A model generated the notes under the pieces. The model was not told where the DNA came from, did not search any database, and saw only the letters and a program-made list of their open reading frames with translations. From Octopus sinensis (Eukaryota), in the NCBI RefSeq assembly GCF_006345805.1, contig NC_042997.1, forward strand, positions 164,238,001 through 164,302,000: a stretch of 64,000 nucleotides of DNA, written 5' to 3'. Positions 37,119 through 49,128 of the stretch are shown piece after piece (the stretch's first letter is position 1; every line of letters begins with the position of its first letter). The translations under genes and the position numbers were made by a program.

Positions 37119-37407
37119 GAAAAGAAAAAACAATTCTTAAAGAATCAAAATTTCCTCTTAGGTAGATAAAGAAAGTAAAAACCTTGTGGTAATTGTTTGT
37201 GACACTCACACAGAAGAAGAGATAATTTCAAGACATTAAAAATCAATTTCACAGAAAATTGAGTTTTCATGCTTAGGGAGATTGTCTGATTTTTATTAGC
37301 TAGCAAGATCACAGAATAAAACTCCCATTTAAGTCAATGTTCCTACTATAGATAATTATGATAAAGCAATAGAAACTTTCTCTGAAATATTCAAATGTGA
37401 CAGTTGA

Positions 37408-37537
37408 GTATGTATGTATGTATGTATGTATGTATGTATGTATGTATGTATGTATGTATGTATGTATGTATGTATGTATTATGTATGCATATATGTTTGT
37501 ATGTATGTATATATATATGTATATGTATATGTATATG

Positions 37538-37599
<62 letters not shown>

Positions 37600-37623
37600 A
37601 TATATTATATATATATATATATA
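37408..37623. repeat. (TATG)n-(TA)n microsatellite
   Basis: Directly visible. Confidence 0.95.
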
Positions 37624-37714
37624 TGGATACTTTAGCTTCTCAGAGATCAATCAGATTTACAATATTTTATTCTAAACAATAAGCTTATTCCACCAACAAT
37701 ACTTCTGACAAGCA

Positions 37715-38150
37715 TCCTCCTCCTCCTCCTCCTCATCATCATCATCATCATCATCATCATCGTCACCACCACCACCGCTTTCACCACCACCACTGCCATC
37801 ACCACCACCACCGCCACCACCAGCACCACCACCGCCGCCGCCACCACCACCACCACCACCACCATCATCATTTAACATCTGCTTTCTATGCTGGCACGGG
37901 TTGGATGGTTTGACAGGAATCAATCATTTGTTTCAGTATGGTTTCTATTGCTGGATGCCCTTCATCTTGCCAACCACATTACAGAGTGTACTGGGTGCTT
38001 TTTATGTGGCACCAGCACAAAAGCTTTTTATGCGCTGCTGGCAGAGATACTATTTTACTTGACAGTGGTATTGATGCTCCTTACATGGTACCAAGACAGG
38101 TGCTTTTATGCAGTACCAGCATGGGTGTTTTTTACATGGCACCAGTACCT
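37715..38150 (-). mobile_element. RTE-tail-related repeat with an expanded (CCT)(CAT)(CAC) tail
   Basis: CATCATTTAACATCTGCTTTCTATGCTGGCACGGG and GGTGCTTTTTATGTGGCACC units. Confidence 0.7.
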
Positions 38151-38934
38151 ACGGATGGGGTGGGCAGGGGGTGCTAAGTGACCGGCAAGATAAGGACATC
38201 TCAGTTGAGAGAAGAAGAAAAACTAAGAGTAAGAGGGAGAGTCTCAGTGAGAGAGAACTGTCTTACTACAGAAGAGATACTTGGATACCTCCGTAGGACG
38301 AGGAAGAGGAGGGAGGTGAGAGGAAGCGGGAAACAGAAAGAGAGAGAGAGAGAAGGAGAGAGAAGGAGAGAGAAGGAGAGAGAAGGAGAGAGGGACGGAG
38401 AGAGAAGAGAGAGAAGGAGGACAAGAGAAGGAGAGAGAGAGTCTGAGTGAGGGAGAGCTGTTTTTCTGCAGAGATACATGACTATCCCTGTAGAACAAAG
38501 AAGCAGGGGAAGGTGGAAGAAAGAGAGAAAAAGACAGAGACAGTCAGAGTGTGAGAGAGAAAGAGAGGGCATACTTGCACTGGTGGGGGGGGAACACTAG
38601 TAAGGGGAGTATAAGTAGTAAGGGGAGTATAAGTAGCAAAGAGAGGATGGAGGAGATATTTAGAGTTAGCAAGTGATGTTGAGAGGGATTGGAGGGGCCA
38701 TGAGTGGGTGGTGGGGGTTTTGGGGGAGATGGTTGTGAGTGAGTTTTGCCAAAGCACAGAGTTGTGTATGCATGTGTGTGTGTGTGTGTGTTTGTGTGTG
38801 TGCATGTGTGTGTGCATGTGTGTGTGTGTGTGTATGTGTGTGTGTGTGTGTGTGTTGTGTGTGTGTGTGTGCGTGCATGTGTGTGTGTGTGAAGGGTAGA
38901 TTATAGCTGTAAAGGACATGCCTTTATATAATGG

Positions 38935-39340
38935 ATGGTCATGATTTTACTTAGCTTGATATGTCTTCTCAAGGACAGCAAATTACCAGAAGTCTCAGTC
39001 CTTTGTTATCTCCTCAGTGAGGTTCAATATCTGAAGATCCTTTCTCATCCCTTCATCCTATGTCTTCCTGGGTCTACCCTTTCCACATGTTCCTTCCACA
39101 ATTAGATATCAGCACATCTTTATTGCAGCTGTCCTCATCCATGCACATCACATGACCACACTTGCATGGTCTCTTGCACACAACATCTGATGCTTCTTAT
39201 ACCCAACCTTTCTCTTTAATCATTTACACTCTGTCATACATGCACATTGACATTAACCATCCAGCAGAACATGCTGACATTATTTTTTTAAGCCTTCTCA
39301 AGTCCACTGCAGTCACAGTCTATGTTTTGCTATCATGTAG
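38935..39340 (-). mobile_element. Old RTE C-terminal fragment
   Basis: Similar to 10780-11150 (CCTCAGTGAGG, TCTTCCTGGGTCTACC, GTCCTCATCCATGC). Confidence 0.75.
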
Positions 39341-39771
39341 CATAGCTGTTCATATATATATATATATATATATAATCAATCAACATCATCATCGCCACCA
39401 CCACCATCATCATCATCATCAGCAGCATCATCATCATAAACATTTAACATCCATTTTCCATGCTGGTATGGATTGGATGGCTTAACAGGAACTGGCAAGG
39501 CTAGGGGCCACACCAGATTCCATAGTCTGTTTTGGCTTGATTTCTTTAGCTGGATGCCCTTCCTAATGCGAACCACTTCACAGTATACTGATGCTTTTTA
39601 CATGACACTAGCACCTACACTAATGCTTTTTATGTGGCACCTTGATTTTAGGATATCAATTCTGTTGTGGTGTGTAGGTCTTCTTGAGTACAGAAATGCA
39701 CCACATTCTTTGGTTCTTTGTCATCTCTTTCATAAGGCTCAGCGTGTGTGTATATATATGTGTGTGTGTGT

Positions 39772-39835
<64 letters not shown>

Positions 39836-40460
39836 AGAGGGAGATAGAAATGACTATTTCTTTGCATGCTGAAAATATATGCTTTAATAAAACAGCTATA
39901 ATTCACCTTGATATGAAAAAAGCTGTCGCCAGGCAAGATGAACAGAATAATTCTTTTTAAAAATTACTGAGTTAATAGTGTAATATAGTTTTGGGTTTAA
40001 CTTACAAATTAAATAAATTAATTTAAAAAAGTTAATTTAATTTAAATTTGTCTACTATGACCTTCCTCAGCATTATCCCTCCATATTTATGAAAAATATG
40101 AATAATTTTAAATATATTACCCTATTCATTCACAGCCATTTGAATTTCAAGGTATAATAATATTTCAAAACATGAGTGAAAGAAAGCTAAACTTCCTTAT
40201 CAAGTTTCAACAAATCAAATATACATATATAAAAAGAGAGGGAAATAGAAATGACTATTTCCTTGCATGTTGAAAAATAGATACTTAATGAAAAATCTAT
40301 AATTCACCTTGATATAAAAAAAAGCTGTCAGCAGGCAGGATGAACAGAATAATTCTTTTAAAAAATTACTGTGAGTTAATAGTGTACTACAGTTTCAGGT
40401 TTAACTTCCAAATTAAATGAATTAATTTAAAAAAAAATTATATTAATTTAAATTTGTCAT

Positions 40461-40665
40461 AGGCATAGGAATGGCTGTGTGGTAAGTAGTTTGCTTATCA
40501 ACTACATGGTTCCAGGTTCAGTCCCAGTGCATGGTGCCTTGGGTAAGTGTCTTCTTCTATAGCCTCGGGCTGACCAAAGCCTTGTAAGTGGATTTGGTAG
40601 AAACTGAAAGAAGCCCGTCATATATATGTGTATGTGTGTGTGTGTGTGCGTGCATGCATGTGTGC

Positions 40666-40697
<32 letters not shown>

Positions 40698-40866
40698 GTG
40701 TGTGTGTGTGCTTGTGTGTCTGTGTTTGTCCCCACAACATTGCTTGACAACTGATGCTGTAGTGTTTACTTCCCCGTAACTTAGAGGTTCGGCAAAAAGA
40801 GACCAATAGAATGAGTACTAGGCCACAGTCAAATGACTGAAACACGTAAAAGAGTAAAAGAGTAAA
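40461..40866 (+). mobile_element. Family B tRNA/CORE-like SINE
   Basis: A-box TGGCTGTGTGG, B-box GGTTCAGTCCC, CORE-like CCTTGGGTAAGTGTCTTC, internal (TG)n and a 3' (AAAAGAGT)n end. Confidence 0.8.
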
Positions 40867-41371
40867 GTGAGTATAACCTTCCTCAGCACTATCTCTCCAT
40901 ATAGTGGAGTGAATTATATCAAAATGAATTATGTATTTATATCTTTCCAAGTCCTAGCTTACTTTTTCTCTAAAGATGGAACAGATTACCATGAAAATGA
41001 TGGTTGTGGACTCCTTTCAGGAAATTGCACCAATTGCACATCTATTCTTGAAACAGCTTTAAGATGCACATCTTCTTCCTTCTTATCCAGCTTTGGATTC
41101 TGGACTTTACTTGTGATGACCTACCTTAACCTACTATTTAATAGCAATAATACAGACTTTTCTTGTAACTGTTCTGGGAGAATGCCAGCATGCATCACAA
41201 CCATTATGAACATACCTGAACTGATTTTTTTTTTATTGATATTATTAGATCTATACTCCTGAAACATTTCAGATCCCTTTCTATCTTCAAGCTATGTCAA
41301 TGCATAAATATCATAATCTGACCAGATAACAGTTGTTTGCCAGTCTATATTTTTATGACACACACACATGT

Positions 41372-42563
41372 ATCATCATCATCATCATCGTTTAACGCCC
41401 GTTCTCCATGCTAGCATGGGTTGGACGGTTCGACCGGGGATCTGGGAAGCCAGAAGGCTGCACCAGGCTCCGATCTTATCTGGCAAAGTTTCTACAGCTG
41501 GATGCCCTTCCTAACGCCAACCACTCCGAGAGTGTAGTGGGTGCTTTTTACGTGCCACCTGCACTGGTGCCAGGCGAGGCTGGCATTGGCCACGGTTGGA
41601 TTGGTGCATTTTACGTGCCACCTGCACGGAAGCCAGTTGAGGCGGCACTGGCTTCGGCCACGATTCGGATGGTGCTTTTTACGTGCCACCGACACGGAAG
41701 CCAGTCGAAGCGGCGCTGGCATCGGCCCTGATTCGGATAGTGCTTTTTACGTATCTCCAGTCCAGGGGTCCTGGCATCTGCTGGTTGCCAGTCATAGGAT
41801 TGGTTCAATTTCGATTCTGATTTTGATTTCACTTGCCCCAACCGGTCTTTGCAAGCCTGTTGTCGGATGAGGTTCGATATCGACTTCGCTTGCCTCAACA
41901 GATCTTTGTGTGTCCAAGGGAGGAAAGGCATGCATAAGTGGGCTGGACTCACTTGTCCTGCCTGGTCTTTTCACGCACAGCAAATTTCCAAAGGTCTCGG
42001 TCGCTGGTCATTTCCTCAGTGAGACCTAAAGTTCGAAGGTCGTGTTTCACCACCTCGTCCCAAGTTTTCCTGGGTCTACCTCTTCCACGGGTTCCCTCCA
42101 CTGCTAGGGATTGGCACTTTTTCACACACCTATCTTCATCCATTCTCACCACATGACCATACCAGCGCAATCGTCTCTCTTGCACACCACAACTGATGCT
42201 CCTTAGGTCCAACATTTCTCTCAGGGTACTAACGCTCTGTCGAGCATGCACACTGACATTACACATCCATCGGAGCATACTGGCTTCATTTCTCGCGAGC
42301 TTATTCATGTCCTCAGCAGTCACGGCCCATGTTTCACTGCCATGTAGCATGGCTGTTCGTACACATGCATCATACAGTCTGCCTTTTACTCTGAGCGAGA
42401 GGCCTTTATTCACCAGCAGAGGTAAGAGCTCCCTAAACTTTGCCCAGGCAATTCTTACTCTAGCCGTTACACTTTCAGCACACCCACCCCCACTACTGAC
42501 TTGGTCACCAAGATAGCGGAAGCTATCAACTACTTCTAGTTTTTCCCCCTGGAAAATGACGTA
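41372..42563 (-). mobile_element. Relatively young 5'-truncated RTE (C-terminal coding region plus 3' UTR)
   Basis: ORF 41949-42581 is uninterrupted (LEVVDSFRYLG...MLHGSETW...RWYGHV...RGRGRPRKTW), with a (CAT)n tail at about 41374-41390. Confidence 0.92.
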
Positions 42564-43261
42564 AGTTGTATATATATACATATATGGCTTAACTGGTTAA
42601 AACTTCAAAGCCACTGCCCATAGTTTTCTTGTTTAAGAATAAGAAATTTGTACTCTACAAAAGTATTGAGTAACCCCATCAAATTAATGTAAAGTTGTTT
42701 TTATTAAACCTGAACATAAAACACACACAATGATGAGGCAAATTCATAAGCATGTAATTTTCAGCAAATAATTATGTTGCCCAGTCAGTTGAATTAATGA
42801 AATATTTGTGTGTCTTATGAAGCTTAAAATACCAAATATGTTTTCTGTATTTTAACAATACTCTGTGTGTGTGTGTGTGTGTGCACGCATGTGCTTGGGA
42901 AAGTGAACATTAAGATGATGATAATGATTAGGGGATACATACATATAAGTATATGTGTGTATATGTGTGTAAGTGCATGCATGTGTGTGTATGTGTGTGT
43001 GTGCGTGTGTATGTGTGTGTGTGTGTGTGTATTATAAAGAGAAGAAAATGCACAAATTCTTTTGTATTGTAATTAATGAATTTATTCCAGAATACATTAT
43101 TACATGTTCCAAAATGTTTTATTACATACCAATTTCATGTCTCATGGAGTTTAGTCATTTTAATGTACATGTGTAAGGTCTGACTGTTAGCTTTCAGTTA
43201 AGATATACAGATATACTATATAGCTTTGAAGAGAAGTAATAGATGCACTTGGTAACAATGG

Positions 43262-44770
43262 AAAAAGTTCTTTGGCTGACCAAGATATTCTCATGGAATG
43301 TAACCAAATGAAGTTTATTTTTCAACATAGCCTGCCTTGTGGTCCAAAGAGTTCTTCCATTGATGTTGCAGTACTTGGATCACATTAGTGAAGAAGCTGT
43401 CATCCTGTTGGTCAAGCAAAGTCATCAACAACAGATATGACATCATCATCACTGTGATACTCATTCCCAGCCAAGTGTTTCACAGATGATAGTCAGATGG
43501 GGTGAAATGAGGAGAATAGGAATGCTGATCAACCATTTCAAAGCCACGGTCATGCACAGGGGCTATTGAAGCTAAGGACTTGTATACAGAGCATTTTCCT
43601 AATGAAACAAGACACTTTTTGTTAGTTCTCCTTAGTGTTTAGTCTTATTAGCCTTTTGTAACTGCATTGGCAAGTTAGAATTGTACTCTTCATTGACAGT
43701 GTGGCCTTTTTGGAGATAGTCAATGAGCAATGCCTTTTGCAGCCCCAAAATCTCAGGCCATCACCTTCCCTGCAAATGAAACAAACTTGGCCATCTTTGG
43801 AGCAAGGGAGGAGAGATGTTTACATTGTATGTATAGCTTCTTTGTCTCTGGCTCAAAGTGATGAACCCAACACTCATCCTAGGCATGGAAATGTTCAAGA
43901 AAACCAGCAGGATCTACCTCAAACAATCTCAGATTTTCCCATGATGTTATCAGCCTGGTGTGCTTATCATCAGGTGTCAGAAGACATGGCAGCCACTGAA
44001 CAGAAACCTTCATTGTGCCAAGTTCATGGTACAGAATATTCTCAACCCTCATGGGATATGCTAATGACATTGGCTATTTGATATATAGTTAATCGCCTGT
44101 CATCCATCACCTTGTGGTGAACATGATCAATGTTTTCCTCAGTGATGGAAGTTGCAGATCTTCAGTCATCTTCAAAACTCTCTCTTTCTCTCTTAAATTT
44201 AGTTACCCACTTTTGCACTTTTGATAAAGCTAGAGCATCATCCTTTAATGTAGCAATTATGTTAGCATGTATGTTGTTGGAGGCATAACCCCTCTTCTGC
44301 AGGTACTTATTTTCTTTTTTTATTTTCTTTATTGCCCACAAGGGGCTAAACACAGAGGGTACAAACAAGGACAGACAAAGGGATTAAATCAATTACATCG
44401 ACCCCAGTGCGTAACGGTACTTAATTTTATCGACCCTGAAAGACAAAGTCGACCTCGGCAGAATTTGAACTCAGAACGTAACGGCAGACGAAATACCGCT
44501 AAGCATTTCGCCTGGTGTGCTAATGTTTCTGCCAGCTTGCCACCTTTCTTCTGCAGGTACTTGTTAACACCACAATGCAGAATTTTGTCCATTTTCAAGA
44601 GAATTCACTACCAGTTACTTTTGAAGTGTTTTCTGAACAGTCAGATGTCACTTTACCTGGAAAAAATAATGCACTTATTAACAAGTAGAGTTGAAATTAA
44701 TGCATGCAAGATTCTAAAGCTGTAGCATCACTTCTTCATAGTCAGTCTATGAACATTTCAACACATCTTC
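43262..44770 (-). mobile_element. Decayed mariner (family M1) with a SINE insertion
   Basis: ORFs 44162-44368 (KVQKWVTKFKRERESFEDD) and 43879-44070 (LGTMKVSVQWLPCLLT); TIR-like ends. Confidence 0.85.
44309..44546 (-). mobile_element. Family A SINE inserted in mariner M1
   Basis: 16-bp TSD TCTTCTGCAGGTACTT at 44293-44308 and 44547-44562. The other M1 copies have the empty site. Confidence 0.9.
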
Positions 44771-45675
44771 ATGCATACTTTAAATATTCAAAGACAAATG
44801 TACAAATCTATTTTAACAAACAATATTTAAATTTAAAATGTGTCATAATTATTGATTTAAACTTGGTTTATATTCTATTATAAAAACAATCTCTTTTTAA
44901 GCCTATTAGAGACTAGTAACTTGTCAATCATTTGTTTTTTTGTCTTTTTGGTGTGTGTGTGTCTAAGTGTGGGGAGGGCCAAGCTGAATATATGACAATT
45001 TTTCCCTGTTGTCAATTGTATGAAAATAATGTATCATGACATGTATTAAAAAAAAATAGCCTGTCATAGACAAATGGTCTGTGAACCATATTTTGGCTAT
45101 CTGAAAGAACTTATGAATCTCACTTTCTGGTTTTATTGTCACCAATAGCTATAGGCAAGTTGTCACATTTTGCTTTATTCACCATTTAACTTCACCCCTG
45201 ACTTGACTTCTCCAAAAGTCCAAAAGTGTGTAAGTTATCAACAATATATTTACTGCTGTCAGATATTTGCTCATAAATATGGTTACTTTATAGACATGAG
45301 CACATGTATGTATATATTCTATAATACTTACCACATTGCATTATTCTATTAACTTTATAAACAATAAATATATATGTACTTTTCTGCAACACATTATCCA
45401 TTTGGCTAAGTAAAACACAAATATTTATATACATTTTTTACACATTTACATAGAATTGCCATGATTAATGTTATAAATTGAGGTTTTCCACATTTGAATC
45501 CTGTCTGATCTTAATCTGTAAGTTAGAGCACTTGCTGTGCAATAATTATTGCTTCATATATTGTCGAACTTGGGGATGGTCATTTTATTTATTTATTTAT
45601 TTTTTGGACAATTAAACACACGCAGTATTTATTTGATCTTCACTTTAGTTTTATTCATATTATTTTTAGTTTATA

Positions 45676-46510
45676 CAGGAAAACCTGGGACGAGGTGGTG
45701 AAGCACGACCTTCGAACTTTAGGTCTCACTGAGGAAATGACTAGAGACCGAGACCTCTGGAAGTGTGCTGTGCACGAGAAGACCCGGCAGGACAAGTGAG
45801 TCCATAACCCATGGCCTTCTACATGGGATGGAGCCAGCCTACGTATGCATACCTTCCCTTCTTGGGACACAAAACTCTACTTGTGAAGACGTGTTGAGGC
45901 AAGTGAGGATCAGAATCGAAATCGATCAATGGAAATTGTGGATGTGTTACCAGTGCCGGTGGCATGTCGAAACTCTACTTGTGAAGACCCGTTGAGGCAA
46001 GTGAGGATCAGAATGGAAATCGATCAATGGAAATTGCAGATGTGTTACCAGTGCCGGTGGCATGTCGAAACTCTACTTGTGAAGACCCGTTGAGGCAAGT
46101 GAGGATCAGAATGGAAATCGATCAATGGAAATCGATCAAAGGAAATTGCAGATGTGTTACCAGTGCCGGTGGCATGTAAGAGAACTTTCCGTTTCGCGAC
46201 CGTTGCCAGCACCGCCCCGTTTCGTGTCTGTTGCCAGCCTCGCCTGGCCCTCGTGCCGGTGGCACATAAAAAGCACCATCCGTTCGTGGCCGTTTGCCAC
46301 CTCTGTCTGGCACCAGTGCGGGTGGCACGTAAAAAGCACCCACTACACTCACGGAGTGGTTGGCGTTAGGAAGGGTATCCAGCCGTAGAAACACTGCCAG
46401 ATTTGACTGGGCCTGATGAAGCCTTCTGGCTTCACAGACCCCAGTAGAACCGTCCAACCCATGCTAGCATGGAAAACGGACGCTAAACGATGATGATGAT
46501 GATGATGATG
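45676..46510 (+). mobile_element. RTE 3' fragment with an internal 98-bp triplication
   Basis: Starts at the KTWDEVVKHDLR codons. AAACTCTACTTGTGAAGAC occurs at 45872, 45970 and 46068; ends in (GAT)n. Confidence 0.9.
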
Positions 46511-46989
46511 ACATCTGTCAAAGTTCTTTCATCACACATTCTGTGACCTCATCATTGACTCTCAGTCCCATGTGTCTCCTCCTGTCCTGCTTTGTTTCAT
46601 CAATAAGGTCAGAAGAGATCTATTTTCTGCTTAGCATGTTGATATGCTTTAAATAAAAGGGGAAAATTATATATAATTCATTATTGTTGTTATTTCTATG
46701 AATGTTCTTTTAATTTCCAATAATCTCATAAGAACCAAAAAGGAAGTCATCTTTGATACAAAGTGGTATAATTCAAGTTATTTCTGTTCATTGCATCAAT
46801 GTGTGTGTGTGTGTGTATGCGTTTACATATATACATATATAAATTATAGTTTGCATCCCAGCCACACAGTTCCAGGCTCAATCTCACTGTGTGACACTTC
46901 GGACAAGTGTCTTCTTCTATAACCTCAGACTGACCAAAGCCTAGCGAGTAGATTTGGTAGATGGAAACTGAAAGAAGCCTGTTGTATAT

Positions 46990-46991
46990 AC

Positions 46992-47046
<55 letters not shown>

Positions 47047-47047
47047 G

Positions 47048-47089
<42 letters not shown>

Positions 47090-47135
47090 GTCTGTCTGTC
47101 TGTTTGTCTATCTATTTATCTGTCTGTCTGACTAT
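46990..47135. repeat. (TATC)n/(TGTC)n microsatellite
   Basis: Directly visible. Confidence 0.95.
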
Positions 47136-47287
47136 CTATGATATATATATGGATATATGTGGATATATGTATTGTATGTGCATGTGTCTTTCTCTCTGTC
47201 ATTGTCTACCACCACCACCAAATTCTTCAAGGTGATGCCCCAGCATGGTAGCAGTCTAATGACTAAAACAAGTAAAAAGATAGAAGA

Positions 47288-47348
<61 letters not shown>

Positions 47349-47482
47349 TATATACATATATATACATATATATATATATATATGTATGTATGTATATATA
47401 AATATATATATATATATATAAGTGTATGTATGTATATATATATGTATATACATATATATATATGTGTGTGTATGTATGTATG

Positions 47483-47514
<32 letters not shown>

Positions 47515-47874
47515 GTGTGTGTGTGTGTGTGTGTGCATGTATATGTGAGCTCACTTTATCATGCTGGCTGTATATAATTTTTGCATGCTCATTTTGATGT
47601 AAGAGCTTAGCAGAGATTCACGCATGAACGAACAGAAAACTCTACAACTCAACAAATAGTTTCACCCAGCTATAGCTTCAAACATTAGTCATTATACTCT
47701 ACCCCAACACTAATGTTAAGCATATAAAGTCACACCTACTACTCAAGAAGCCAGTATAATAAAGCTGACCACAAGCAAAACTTGAAAGGTATTGTCAACC
47801 TTTCCCTTCTAATATATAATATATATATATATACAATAATAAATCTCTGAGCGAGATATAAACAGTAACTGCTC

Positions 47875-48405
47875 TATAACATAAGGGGGATCAGCCATCT
47901 GAATGTGGCTAGGGTCAGGGCGGGGTGGTGGGGGTGTTACTGATGCATTTAGCCCCAGGCGAACATCAACGTCACCAGAAGGGCTGACACCATCTCGGTG
48001 TCCTTGCCAGCCTGCAAAGGGAGATCAGCCTCCCCGAAGATACGGATACTACATACGGACCGGTTTCGAGGTTATTGCCTCTTTATTGTTTTCGAATGGA
48101 TTTTCTACGCCAGTGACTGTGGTTACTGTGAAAATCTATATATCCAGCCTGTAGAGGAAGTCCCTCAACGAAGAGCGGTGCTTACCATACGTTGACAAGA
48201 GGCAATAACCTCGAAACCGGTCCGTATGTAGTATCCGTATCTTCGGGGAGGCTGATCTCCCTTTGCCGGCTGGCAAGGACACCGAGATGGTGTCAGCCCT
48301 TCTGGTGACGTTGATGTTCGCCTGGGGCTAAATGCATCAGTAACACCCCCACCACCCCGCCCTGACCCTAGCCACATTCAGATGGCTGATCCCCCTTATG
48401 TTATA
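47875..48405. repeat. Near-perfect 209-bp inverted repeat with a 113-bp spacer; probable Penelope-like pLTR or retrozyme-like element
   Basis: Arms 47875-48083 and 48197-48405 differ at one position (48013/48267) by manual comparison. The element is GC- and CpG-rich relative to its flanks. Confidence 0.95.
48186..48228 (+). ncRNA. Candidate minimal type I hammerhead ribozyme with U3-A8 variant core
   Basis: Stem I CATACG(48186-91)/CGTATG(48223-28); core TTGACAA(48192-98); stem II GAGG-CAATAA-CCTC(48199-48212); then GAAACCGGTC with palindromic ACCGGT. Predicted cleavage is after C48222. Confidence 0.72.
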
Positions 48406-48740
48406 TATATATATATATATATATATACTCACACACACGCGTATATAAATATACACAACACAGATGCATGTATACATAGATACACACATAATTACCTTCA
48501 TATATATATATATACACATATATATATATACATGTGTGTGTGGGGGGGGGGGGTAATAAAAAGAGCAGAAAATTTATTTGATATTTTTACATTTTAAAAA
48601 GCAGGATAGAAAAGCTTCATCCATGTTACATTAAGAGAATGATCAGTTGATGGCATTGCTCAAAATCAAGTTGCAATAATCCTATATATATATGTGTGTG
48701 TACATGCACACACATTTTCTCACACATATACACACACACA

Positions 48741-48782
<42 letters not shown>

Positions 48783-49128
48783 ACACACACCGCGCACACA
48801 GACACACACACACACAAATACATGCACATTCTTGTAAATAGGCTACAGCTTTACTTTGAGTGTGTGTGCACGCACAATAGTGTGTGTGTGTGTGTGTGGA
48901 TGTGTGTGTATATACATGCTTTGCTATGTACACAATATGAATAGGCTATGATTTTACTATACTGTTAAATGCACATTTGAAGACATAATAAAAGAGTCTA
49001 TTTTCTCAGGGAACTGATTTCTTAACCCAATTTTGATACCTTGTGGAGAAATTCTTCCTTTAGGATACTAAATGAAAGAAGTAATAGCACAACACAACTT
49101 CAGTTCTTGTATGTGCATGCATAATATT

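Noticed and set aside
36557-37169. Long ORFs (200 aa and similar His/Thr, Ile/Tyr, Met/Asp, Cys/Val ORFs throughout the window)
   Set aside because: They are translations of microsatellites.
40867-41262. 131-aa ORF in unique-looking sequence, with several splice-like signals on both strands
   Set aside because: No recognisable domain and no consistent exon model.
47594-47870. Possible Penelope coding remnant left of the palindrome (RMNEQKTLQLNK*)
   Set aside because: The resemblance to the GIY-YIG C-terminus is too short to support.
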